From Podarcis filfolensis (Eukaryota): a DNA stretch of 64,000 bases. The notes below the pieces were generated by a model. It was given only the letters and a program-made list of their open reading frames with translations, was not told where the DNA came from and searched no databases. Below, piece after piece: positions 23,477 through 35,400 of the stretch (its first letter is position 1; each line of letters opens with the position of its first letter). The position numbers and the translations under genes were made by a program. Location: assembly GCA_964270895.1 (NCBI GenBank), contig OZ185453.1, one strand, 5' to 3'.

Positions 23477-23801
23477 CAGGGGTCAGCAAACTTTTTCAGC
23501 AGGCGACCAGCCCACTGTCCCTCAGACCTTGTGGGGGGGGGGCGGACTATATTTTTTGGGGGGCGGGGGGAAGAATTTCTATGCCCCACCAATAACCCAG
23601 AAATGCATTTTAAATAAAAGCACACATTCTACTCATGTAAAAACACCAGGCAGGCCCCACCAATAACCCAGAGATGCATTTAAAATAAAAGGACACATTC
23701 TACTCATGTAAAAACACACTGATTCCCGGACTGTCCGCGGGCCGGATTGAGAAGGCGATTGGGCCGGATCCAGCTCTCAGGCCTTAGTTTGCCTACCCAG
23801 G
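23477..23801. mobile_element. hAT (Charlie-like) non-autonomous element
   Basis: Termini caggggtcagcaaact / agtttgcctacccagg. Perfect 8-bp TSD ataatgag at 23469-23476 and 23802-23809. Confidence 0.88.
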
Positions 23802-24897
23802 ATAATGAGGGATAGGATCACAGGCTATCAGGGGGGAAGTTCCTCACCACCAAGCTCAGAACTGAGTTAGCAGTCATGACCCATCAAATTAATGGGAGAT
23901 CCTCCGATTGTGTTTTATGGTCTGTCCGATGATTGACAACACACACACACACACACACCAGGCATTTCCTGGTTTCTTGAGCTTCTTTTGGGTCTCCATT
24001 TATGGTTGACAGGCTCTACTCAGCTTGGAAGATGCAAATTCTTCCTTGTAGGGGAGGAAAAAACCCCTGCTGTCTGACACTTTGAAGGAAAATACATCAA
24101 CAGTGGTTAAGGCAATGGCTCCTCAGAACAGGACGAGTTGTTCTCGCTCTCGCAGCCAACAAGTCAGAAAAGCCTAATTTCTGTCCAGGCAAATGGAGCT
24201 ATTAAGTATCTGAAACTTGACTTCCTATATAGTCAAACTTTTTTTTCCCCCTGCTGAAGGCAGCAAACATACCATCTGGCCAAGACAGCACACAAAAGGG
24301 CCAGCTATTATGCCTTATTGCATGCTTCTCCTCTTCGTTTCAAACAAAGCATTTCCTGGACCCCCCCCTCCTCCCCAAGCTCTAAAAGCCAAATCATTTG
24401 GGCCAGGAGCCAGATATTGCACTTTATAGTGTGTTAGTACTACTGAACTTTGTTCGCATGCCCTTTCCTCTTTGGGGAAAGCCTTCCAATTTGCTTTTCT
24501 GAAACTGAGCAGCTGTCCGTATAGGCGAGTATGGGGGGGGGGGGATTAAAGTGGAGATCGCCTTTCTAGAAGCACAAAGGAGGAACCCTGAAGGCCTGCA
24601 GTAATTCAAACCAGAAACCCACACCTCTGAGGCATTCTTAAATAATATTCGTGTAATCATTTTCACGTCATACTTTGGAGGTACAATGTGATGAACAGAG
24701 AGGTCTTCTTCAATGATCCCTTAAAGAAAATCCACCAAAAAAAACCCCAATTCTAGTCCCAAATGTAAGTAACTATGCAACCTTTAAAAGACATTTGAAG
24801 GCAGCCCTGCATAGGGAAGGTTTTAAAAATGTGTGATGTTTTATTATGTTTCTATATATGTTGGAATTCGCCCAGAATGGCTGGGGCAACCAAGTCA

Positions 24898-24947
24898 GAT
24901 AGATAGATATAGATAGACAGATAGATAGATAGATAGATAGATAGATA
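24898..24947. repeat. (GATA)n microsatellite
   Basis: Visible, slightly interrupted GATA array. Confidence 0.95.
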
Positions 24948-25012
24948 ACAAATAATAATAATATAGGATGTCCTTATTTTAATTGGAGAAATATTGGAGG
25001 GTATGTGATGAC

Positions 25013-25443
25013 ATAGTGATGTATGGAAGTGAGAGCTGGACCATAAAGAAGGCTGATCGCCGAAGAATTGGTGCTTTTGAATTATGGTGCTGGAGGAGAC
25101 TCTTGAGAGTCCCATGGACTGCAAGAAGATCAAACCTCTCCATTCTTAAGGAAATCAGCCCTGACTGCTCACTGGAAGGACAGATCGTGAAGCTGAGGCT
25201 CCAGTACTTTGGCCATCTCATGAGAAGAGAAGACTCCCTGGAAAAGACCCTGATGTTGGGAAAGATGGAGGGCACAAGAAGGGGACGACAGAGGACGAGA
25301 TGGTTGGATAGTGTTCTCGAAGCTACCAGCATGAGTTTGACCAAACTGCGGGAGGCAGTGGAAGACAGGAGTGCCTGGCGAGCTCTGGTCCATGGGGTCA
25401 CGAAGAGTCGGACACGACTAAACGACTAAACAACAACAACAAC
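25013..25443 (+). mobile_element. RTE Bov-B LINE 3' fragment
   Basis: Uninterrupted frame VMYGSESWTIKKADRRRI...ALVHGVTKSRTRLND-stop, then a (CAA)n tail. Confidence 0.95.
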
Positions 25444-26189
25444 ATGTGAAAACAAATTCCTGCAAAGAAAATGTGCTCAGAGTTCCCTAAATTCTATGAG
25501 CATATCCCTGTGCCACCTCACTCAAGACTCTATTCTGCACCCCTTTCTGACTGGCAGATCTCGGGGTCATAGCGGAAAACAAAAGCAGATCCCACAACAC
25601 TGACGGCCATTCGCCTTCAAAAGCTGAAACCAGAAATGTCGCGAGTAAAATATCTTATAATTTCAAAACAGCCTCCAAGAATAATAATAAAAAAGAACCC
25701 TATTTTCTCTCCAGCAAGACTGACAACAATAGAGTGCAGAGCTTCCCTTGCGAGGTTGATCCATAACGGAGGGGCCAGCACCAAGAGTACCCTGCCCTGT
25801 GCACTCACAGAGATACAACTACTCTAATTGAGGGCACACGGGTCAAGCTATCATCCCCCAGTCAGAGTGCTCAGGGAAGATTATGATGTTCTCCACCTCC
25901 TCTCAGCATAATGGATACTTCATATGAAAGCAATTGCTCTCACTCATGTGTAACCTCATGGCGGCCAGGATTAATCCCCTATAAATCAAAGTTACTAGAT
26001 TTGGTACAGGCTGAAGGATCTGTGGAAGACACATTCCCCAAGAGTATGAGGATGTTAGCATTGAGGGTGGGACTTGAAAATATCCAAAGTAAAAAGCTAC
26101 ACTTCCCAATTTGAATAACGAGAGCTCGCACATGCAAAGGAAAGACCTGTCTTCCGCCATCCACGCCTTAATTAAAAGCCAAATTAGAT

Positions 26190-26620
26190 CCGTGCAATGT
26201 GCTGTACATGGATCCGTCTTGGAAGTCTTGTCCTGAAACTCCGGTTGGCTCAAAATGCAGCAGCAAGGCTGCTGATTGGTACCAGAGAACACAGCTTGCC
26301 AACCTGCCAATTTGTTTCTGGGCACAATTCTAGGTGCTGGTTTGGATCCACAAAATCGTAAATGACCTGGGTTGCCTGCTCCCATACAAACCTGTCTTAA
26401 CTATCAAGATCTCTTCTGAGATTGCTCCAGAGATCAGCCACAGCATCTCACCTCTGGAAACGCCTTCCATTTTTCAGTTTGCCCTGATCGTTTTTACACA
26501 ACAGCAAAACGTTGTTTATCATCATCACCATCATCATCATCACCACTGGTTTTTAATGCACCTTGATTTGAATGATAAATTATTTTTATGTATTGTTTTA
26601 AAATTTGTTTTACATTGTAA
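26190..26620 (+). mobile_element. Degenerate L2-type 3' fragment
   Basis: ctcaaaatgcagcagcaaggctgctg (QNAAARLL) and gggcacaattctaggtgctgg match the L2 C-terminus. Boundaries approximate. Confidence 0.6.
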
Positions 26621-26679
26621 ATTAATTACTAGCCCACTAACCCCCCCAAACACACTTGTATTAGTCATTTGAGACCACA

Positions 26680-26842
26680 TTTCTAAAAAAAAATGTTTAG
26701 GGGTACTCTCATTTTGACTCAAGAAAATCACCATTTTATAGTTCAAATGGGGGGGGGAGGATACAGTAAATGGACAAAAGTACAGATTCATAAAATGTTT
26801 AGGGGTATGCGTACCCCTGCATCCCCCCAGAAAAAAGCACTG
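26680..26842. mobile_element. hAT-like MITE (CAGTGCTTTTTTTCT terminus family), one end degraded
   Basis: Closely similar to 63660-63842. Ends cccctgcatccccccagaaaaaagcactg. Confidence 0.7.
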
Positions 26843-29800
26843 TGTGTGTGTGTATTTATATGTATATTTATCTATATAGTTGCTTATTTGACTGTGTGGA
26901 TAGGATTCTAACTTGCTATTCACTCACCTATTCTAACTGTGGAGTCCAAAGAGAATTTCAGCCTTGGGAGATAAACACTGGTACAAAACATTTTGTTGCC
27001 TGCAGTTGAATGGAAAGGAACCATGAATGCCTCTATATGGACTTAATAGTTTTCTTCCAAATAAAGCAACCCTGGTGTATAAAGTTCTTATCATTTCCAA
27101 AAAAAACCCTACAGTATCTTTCAAAATATTCCAGCAATGATGACTTCAGATCTATGACAGATTTGACTTTCCTTGTTGTTATCTCCATCGTGTTTAGAGC
27201 ATACTCTATATTAGAGTGCATTCCAGGAAACGTAACAGCAGAAATAGGTCAACCATTAACCAAATGAAACGGGTTGCTGCTCTACAGATGATGCCCTTCG
27301 AAAAGTTGCTTCACAGACTAGCTCTTTAGAATGCATCCCTCATCATGGCTGAAGTTCATGGCTTCCGTGGATTTTCTTTAATGCTGCTTGGGTTCATCTG
27401 AAGTTACAAGGGTTCATCTGAAGTTACAGCAAGGTCAGAAGATAGGAGAGACAAGACTCCCCCATGTCAGCAATACAAAAAGAACGACCAATTCATCAAT
27501 CTTATCCCATGGTTCCCTGTGGTTTAATATGCATGGGGAGATGGCGAACATGGTTTTCCCAATTTCATCTTTAAAATATTCAGCCGATTCTTGTTTCGTT
27601 ATTTTTCAGACATCATTTGTGGGATGAAGCTTGTTAGTTTCCATTATCCCGTCTCAAAAGTGTGGGGGACAGGACCCAACCTCCAATAATTATCTCCATC
27701 TTTGATAGGTTCCTATATTCAGGGTCTGGAGTGGGGAAAGTTGCCATCAAGAGCTCTACAAGCATTTGTATCAGACCTGGGTGCCTTTGGAATAATTTGT
27801 TATCCCTTTTCCTTCCCTTTGCATTCCAGGGATCACTGGAAAACTGTCTTATAATAAGCGGTGTTTTTTTCTTACTCCTGTTTTACCACAAAGACTACAC
27901 TTCAAGACTTCATTGCTCATTCTGAAACCAAACTTAACCCCCACCAGATTCCAAAATTTAATTTTAAACTGTCAGAAGAATTAAATATTTTTTAAAAGAG
28001 TGGGAAGACATTGGTCTAAAAAGTTCAGAGTTGGCATGGCCTCTGAATGCCAGTCAGTGGAGAATAACATTTAGGGAACAACACACAACATTATTATTTT
28101 TTATTTGCACTTTTTTCCATCTCTCTTTTTCTACTTGATTTCCTATAACTGAAATTCTTTCAATGAAATATTAATCATAATAATATAACATCCAGGGAGG
28201 GCCATTCTTCTGCTTTCAGACTTCTCTGAAGTATCTTGGTTCGCCACTTTGGGGAACAAGATGGTGGACTAGATAGGTCTCTGGTCTTCTCCTGCAATGC
28301 CTTTAGGGCATTTATATTTTCTATTTCAGGCTGAGTGCCGATGTTAATGAATACAGTGATCTCTTGAATATGGTAGAAGGCTGATCTGGGCTTTAAAACT
28401 GTGTACCTGCCTGGTTATACCAAACAATCACACACACACATAAATACATGTTTTGCCCTGCACCTGCAATACTTCTACTTTCACAGTGGAATAGGAGGAA
28501 ATAGATGAATCCAATGTTCAAAATTAAGCCAGGTGCTTTTTGTGACTGGCATGGGTCCAATTGCGACCACGCTGAGATCTCTGGATTCCGGGCTGGCAAC
28601 CGGTGAAAGCCAAATGTCACTTAGAGAAGGTTCTGAAATATTTTCCTTGAAGTTTGAATTAGTTTTATTCTGGATTGTTTTGATTTCTTAATGTGTTGCA
28701 AACTGCTTTGAGATTTGGTCTTTAAAATGTAAAGCGGTATGGAAATAAATAAATAAATCCCATGGGTTGGGGTGAACGGTGCCTAGACATTCCATTATGG
28801 CGACCGCACCCCAGGTTTAAGGTGCCATTTGGCGATTAGATAATGTATCTTAAGTTTCTAGCACTGGATGAATCAATTATACATTTGTACAGTAGAGCAA
28901 AGGATTATATATCCTTTTGCATTTACAGATATGTTTCGCATCTTCCTGATCCAAATGCAACAGTCTTAACCATCGCACCATTACCGTTATGTCTTAAAAG
29001 ATGTATATTCATAATAGGAGCAGCCACAGAATGTTTGTATCTGTGTTTCGCTGTGATTGTTTGCTACCTTTGCAGAGATGTGGGATATTCTTTTCCAGCT
29101 TTTCTAATAACGTCTAAGCTAGAGTCAAATGTTGGACTCTGCACCAATACCAATACCATGAATTTTAAGCCTTGAAATTTATGCAGAGTGGCAGGCCTCC
29201 AGTGCAGGCCCATGGATTAGACACAAGGGTGGAGTGAAATGGAAAGCAAAACCTCTACATTTGGGCATACAGTAGTTGGTTTTCTTTGCTTGAAGAACAC
29301 CTCCTTGCTTTGAAAATAAAATAAAAAACGATGCCCTGGGTCAGAACTGAAATGTCTCTCAGGCAATAATACATTAGTCTCCTACTAAATAATTATTAAG
29401 CACAAACGCAGAAGTTATAGAACCCCTGCCCAGACCAATGGGCAAAGCACATCTAATATGAATCAAATATGAAAGACTGAAAGAGAGCTAGACTTGATGA
29501 AGAGAAGAGTGTAAAGGCCGAGAGCGAAAATCTATTGCTGAAGCTAAGCAAGTTTAGGTTTTTATGACTCAAGAGTGTGACCTGTGTACCAATTCACTAG
29601 GTGGGATTCAGCAAGCCACAGCTCTGTCGTGGGAATAATCAGTGCTATTTTTCTTTAAAAAAAAAGAGGTGCCAGAACTCTCCATGAACACCTCCCTCGT
29701 TCTCTTATAATGTCAATGGTGCCCAGCTGAGAGGTGCCGGAACTGAGTTCCAGCGAGTTCCAGCTGGGGGAAAAAAACCATGGGGATAATAATTTTTGTC

Positions 29801-30003
29801 TCTTTTATAGTGTGAATGCATTGATTACTGAGATTTAGAAAATTTGTGTTATTTTTTGGTGTGATACAAATGTATATACCAAACAAACACAAGCAGTAAA
29901 ACACAAACAAACACAACTGGTAAAATGTCATAGGGGGGACGACCCTAATATTAGCATAAAGAACAAGCAGGACTAGTAAAATATAGTCAAGAGTATTAAA
30001 AAC

Positions 30004-30448
30004 TATGGTTTTCCCAGTAGTGATGTATGGAAGTGAGAGCTGGACCATAAAGAAGGCTGATCGCCCAATAATTGATGCTTTTGAATTATGGTGCTGGAGG
30101 AGACTCTTGAGAGTCCCATGGACTGCAAGAAGATCAAACCTATCCATTCTGAAGGAAATCAGCCCTGAGTGCTCTCTGGAAGAACAGATCGTGAAGCTGA
30201 GACTCCAATACTTTGGCCACCTCATGAGAAGAGAAGACTCCCTGGAAAAGACCCTGATGTTGGGAAAGATGGAGGGCACAAGGAGAAGGGGACGACAGAG
30301 GACAAGATGATTGGACAGTGTTCTCAAAGCTACCAGCATGAGTTTGACCAAACTGCAGGAGGCAGTAGAAGACATGAGTGCCTGGCGTGCTCTGGTCCAT
30401 GGGGTCACGAAGAGTTGGACATGACTAAACAACTAAACAACAACAACA
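30004..30448 (+). mobile_element. RTE Bov-B LINE 3' fragment
   Basis: ORF 30005-30310 MVFPVVMYGSESWTIKKAD...RRRGRQRTR. 9-bp TSD attaaaaac at 29995-30003 and 30449-30457. Confidence 0.95.
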
Positions 30449-30469
30449 ATTAAAAACCACCATATGCCT

Positions 30470-31455
30470 GGGTAAACATAAATGGCTTAACTTGACCCCC
30501 CCCCAAAAAAAAAATATCGCAGTGCAGCCATCTCTGGGGAGAGAATTTCACAAACATGGCACCCCCCTAGAAAAGCCCCTTTCCCTTGTTACCATCCACA
30601 TCACCTCACCCAGCAGGGAAAACTGTACCCATGACCCTCAATGGTCAGTGTGACTTTATCAACAGGTTGGCTAACACCTCCTTGGTCAATTAAATCACCC
30701 ATTCACAGCAGCTCCATCTTTTCTTATCTGAGCTTCAGTTTATTAGCTCTCATCCAACCCATTGTTGACTCCACATACCCATTCACCACCACCATTGCAA
30801 CGTCCATATCAGTTAAAATTAAGAAATCAAGTTGGGTGTCACTGGCACTATCAATGGCGCCGCACTCCAAATGGCTCGCCCATATGTCCCCAGTGGTTTC
30901 ATGTAGATGTTAAGTAACATGTGGGAGCAGAACAGGATTCTGTGTCTCCAACAGCATGGGGTCCAGTGGTAGCAGAAGTCCCTGCGACCCATTTTCAGCA
31001 TTCAGTCTGTCACGATATGAAACCACGGCTGGCTCCCACCTGAGACATAGGGTCCAAAAGGTTATTAAAAGCTGCTGAAAGGTCCAAGATGATCATTAGG
31101 GTCACATTCCTCTTGTCTCCTTTCCTCCAAGTCTATCATGGTTTCAGCACTAAATTTAGTTCACATCATCCACGTAATCCAAAAGTGTCTGGAGCTGATC
31201 CGCAACCACCCACTCAAGTACCGTGTTCAAAAAGGGAATGTTTACACATGGCTGATGCCTGAGACAATTCTTAAGTCCAACGAAGACTTTTTAGGAGCAG
31301 CCTAACATTCCTCAAGACGGTTTGGAACACACACTCTCTCAGTAACACATCCTAGATTCAACCAGTACGAGCCAAGAAAGGCAAGAATTGAACAATCAGA
31401 TGGTCAATATCCAAGCAACAGCAAAAATAAGGTCTTCTGGTCCCATTTGTCCTGC
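30470..31455 (-). mobile_element. Old L2-type LINE, reverse-transcriptase region remnant
   Basis: Minus-strand pieces TLMIILDLSAAFNN (the LLDLSAAFDT motif) and STMGWMRANKLKL (the WMxxNxLKLN motif), with many stops and indels. Confidence 0.8.
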
Positions 31456-32269
31456 ATCTAAACACTTGTGACTCATTTTGAATACCCTAAAAGGTATAAC
31501 TATGCTGATATTTGTTTTTATTATGCTATTAATTATATATTGTTCTCCCTCTGTTGCTTCATGTTTTGGGGGGTTGAAACAGGGGGACTAATAACATTAT
31601 TAAGGAGACTGATGACCTTAGAAAGATTTCCTAGACTACCTCCCTCTTTATGCTGTTCATTAGCTCTTGAAAAAGAAGTGGCCATTCATCTGCTACATAA
31701 GGGGAGTTAATACAGAATAGTGTTGAAAGTCATAAGGGACCCATTAGTAGTATCACTTTGCTTAGGGACTGTGGGTATATTAGTCCTCAGCAAGAGGAAG
31801 GAGGGAAAGACCCAGAGAAGTTGTTATCTTCCTGAAAAACGGGAAAGCACAAAGTTTTACTACATTTGTCCCTACTGGCATGATGCACCCATAAATAGCT
31901 CAAGGTACAGAAGCTTCTGCAAGTGCAGAGAGAGAGAAACACGGTGATAATGTCTGCTGTTGTGCTGCCCTAAAGCCAAAGTGACTCGCAAGGCATGTGA
32001 CTAAAATGGAATGTATGAGGATATTAATCTTAAGCCTTATGATGACTGCAAAACAATGGACACTGGGTCCTTATGTGAAGATTGTTACTTCTTTTTGGCC
32101 AACATGTCCTATTAGCTAATTGATATCTTCCCCAGCCACCCTTAGTCATTAATAATTAGCTAATTAGCTAAATTTACAAGCTCTTTGCAGTCATGGGAAG
32201 CATATCCACAGTAAAGCCACAATTGTTTATGTGTCTTCCCTCCATGAAGTGATGCACACATGGGACTTC

Positions 32270-32420
32270 TCTCATTCTGTCCTCCAGTAACCCTGTAAGG
32301 TACATTAGGCAGACAAAGTGAACGGCTATACGATGACCCAGTGAATTTCATGGCCAAGTAAGTGGCCATTGGAACCCCATGTTCTTTATCTCTAAAACCC
32401 AACACTTGATCCACACCACA
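32270..32420 (-). mobile_element. Old CORE/MIR-like SINE remnant
   Basis: aaccctgtaaggtac...gacccagtgaatttcatggc...ggaacccc resembles the reverse complement of a CORE-SINE. Highly diverged. Confidence 0.5.
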
Positions 32421-35400
32421 TGTCAGTAGTTGGGCCTGCAGAAGATTCTGATCCTGGAACCTGAAGTATGCTATATTACCACTACCCTTTAGGCTCAGCC
32501 CAGAGGAAACTACTTAGAAAACCAGTCAGACTTTTAAATAAGTCTCTTAAAAAACAATAGACCAGAACAGTTCATGTGAAAGGTCCAACACCTACAAAAC
32601 TTTTGAAATCAAAACTTGCTATCTAGGCGAAATCAAAACTTGCTATCTATCTGGCGAAGGGGGCAACTCAATTGCTATTGCTCCTTGTTCTTGCCCAGGA
32701 TCTACCTCACCACACCCAGCTTGGGTTCATTCCTAGTCAGTGTTCGAAATGAGCCAAGCACATTTTGCACCTAGCTATCGGCCAAGATGGTGCCTGACAT
32801 CTCCTCCATCTGGAGGGGCATGCCTGGGGATCATTAGATCTGGACTGCTTTCACACATTAATACCATGTCCTGTAGAATTCTATCCCATATATATATATT
32901 GTACTATCGGAATGAATTTCTGGAACCAAAATGAAAAAGTGGTAGGAATAGACCACTATAGACGTGGACTGTCCCTGGATCAAGTAACTTTTCTTCTTTA
33001 TGCTCCCAAAGCTCTTAACCTGGCTCAAGGGTGTCATCTGAACTAGCCAGATGTTTAACTGAGAATCAATCATTTGAAAAATATGACTTCAGAGCCATCT
33101 TACCCCAAAATGGCAATTAGACATTCCGTTTTGGCACCATTTGGCACCTTGCTTATATATCTGAGTTTCTAACATTGTTCCTACTCCCAGACATGCCAGG
33201 AACCATATTTACCAGCACTATGGTCAATGGGAAATCAAAGTGTTACTCAATTGGTCTTTGTCAAAGAAACTCTGCTTTGCATATTGCAATCATGGATAGA
33301 AAGATGAGACAACAGTCACATAAAGTGGACTGTCTTTCAATATTATCCTTTCAATTCCCCAGCAACCTGTTTCAGCCAGTTTCCAGCAGTTCTCCAGAAT
33401 ATCTGCAAGGCAAGAGTTGAGCCCCATCCATCAGAAGTTGGCCTCTACTACTACCTTCTCCTGCCAAGCCCTGCATCGATGAATGGAAGTAACCCAAGTG
33501 GCCCTGAGCTACTCATTTCAATGGGTCTCTGCACAGAAGATCCTGGTGATCTGCACCCACAGACTGCAATTCCCAATCAACCAATAACACAGAGAAGGGT
33601 AAACATGAGCAATGTATTCAGAAACCTATCTGCATGGTGAAGGGAAAAAATCAACACTGATTAAAAGCATTTCTATGATATAAAGAACTGGAGAGGAATG
33701 CAGGCAGAAAAAAGGAAGGACTGTGTTGGCTCTTCACTATGCAGTGAAGCTACCTTTTAACGAGAAAGCCTGACACACAAGATTAGTGAGTTGCACCCAT
33801 CCCCAACGGCTAACTTCAGCTTCATTCAGTGTGAGAATCTGGACGTGAAGGTGCCCACTCTTGCAAAGTCATTGGCACCAATGTAGGAAGAGTTTGTGTG
33901 AGGTGACCAGCCACCAATCTCACTGTAACTAAATGTAAACCTTGAACAGTCAGGCATAGATTAGATAAAAACACACGTCCTAACTCACTTTTAAAAAAAA
34001 CCTTCTTGCAGAAGCTAGTGGAAAGTGAGCAAGATAAGGTTCCAGCTACACAACTCTTGTTTCATGTGTACCTTCCCATCCCATGTGCTTCTGGGAAATG
34101 CAGATTACACCTCACGACTGTGACCTCATTTTAATCGAGTCACACCATTAAAATAACATCTAAGAAAGGTATCTATTTGCAGGCTACAAATCCTGCTGAT
34201 TAGGCAACAGAAAATCAAGAAGGATGTTCTGTACTCATAACTGAGTAAAACACTGGAATGCTTCAAGCTGCAGCTGTATTTATTATTAATTATTATTATT
34301 ATTAGCCAATTTTCAAATGCACTTGACAGAGAAACCAAGAGCCATACAGGTCACTAAATTCTGACCTTGCAGATCTCCCCATGAGCATTTGGGAATTTCC
34401 TTTATGAGAGATCCTCTAACATGTGCCGTTTGGTTTTTTTCTTCCAGGGTTTCTCTTAATTGCCAACACAAAACCTACTGGTGGCACTGCTAATTAAACG
34501 GCATGGTTTTATATAGAAGGAAGAAAAAGGCCACCTAATCTATAGGACCTTCCTGTTTAAGAGACAACCACGATAGCGTTCTACTGTTACGTAGCAATTA
34601 CATAATTGCATGGTCTATCCCGTATCATTTGCAGTATTCTGTACCCTTCTCCACTTAACAGCTACAGCACAATGTTCTCAGATGATTGCGGCTACTGAAC
34701 AAAACAGCCTCTGCGCTGGAGACAAAGGGATCTGCATGTGACAATGGAGCTTCATCAGAAGCTTAGGACTTTTCACATGACTGAATGCTTCCTTTTCTCC
34801 AGATCTGTGAAACCCTCCCCTTCCCAGCCTCCGTTATACAATGCTTTTGGAATATCCTTCAATCGCTTCAGGAGAAATTAAAAGGCAGGTTTGTGGGGGG
34901 AGAGGGGAGGGAGGGGGTTGAAGCCAAGAAATCCTGCTGGGTTGAACTTTTCAGATGACAACACACAAAGGTGCTGCTTTATTGCAGAATGGGAAGGCTG
35001 CAGTATAAAGGACAAGATGTGGAGCGTTGAGGGGCGGTGGGGGAGAGAGAGGGAAATCTATTTAGACTTCCTGCACTGGCATGAAATGGCTGCTTCTCTT
35101 CTTAGTGCCAGCTCCAATGCTTCATGTTGACATTACACATCCTGTGCTGTAGATCCACCCCCATGCTGCTGCTTGCCCAACAGAATTATCTCCTGCGTCA
35201 CAGCAGTGGCAACAGATCTGCTGGCTCTGCAGATCCGAGAGGCACCATTTCAAAGCTCTCTTAATGCAAGCAGCAACTGGACACACATTTACCAGATACT
35301 CTAGTCTGGGTGAGTCTGTGGGCCACTCTTAGCAAAACATTACTCGGCCTAACCTTCTGCTATCCAGATGGTCTCGCTTCCCTCTTGGGATCAGACCCAT

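Noticed and set aside
79-30453. Recurring ORFs such as MTPWTRARQA..., MDQSTPG..., MLTGRTDREAE... and LRVPWTARRS...
   Set aside because: All are sense, antisense or shifted frames of Bov-B 3' fragments, not host genes.
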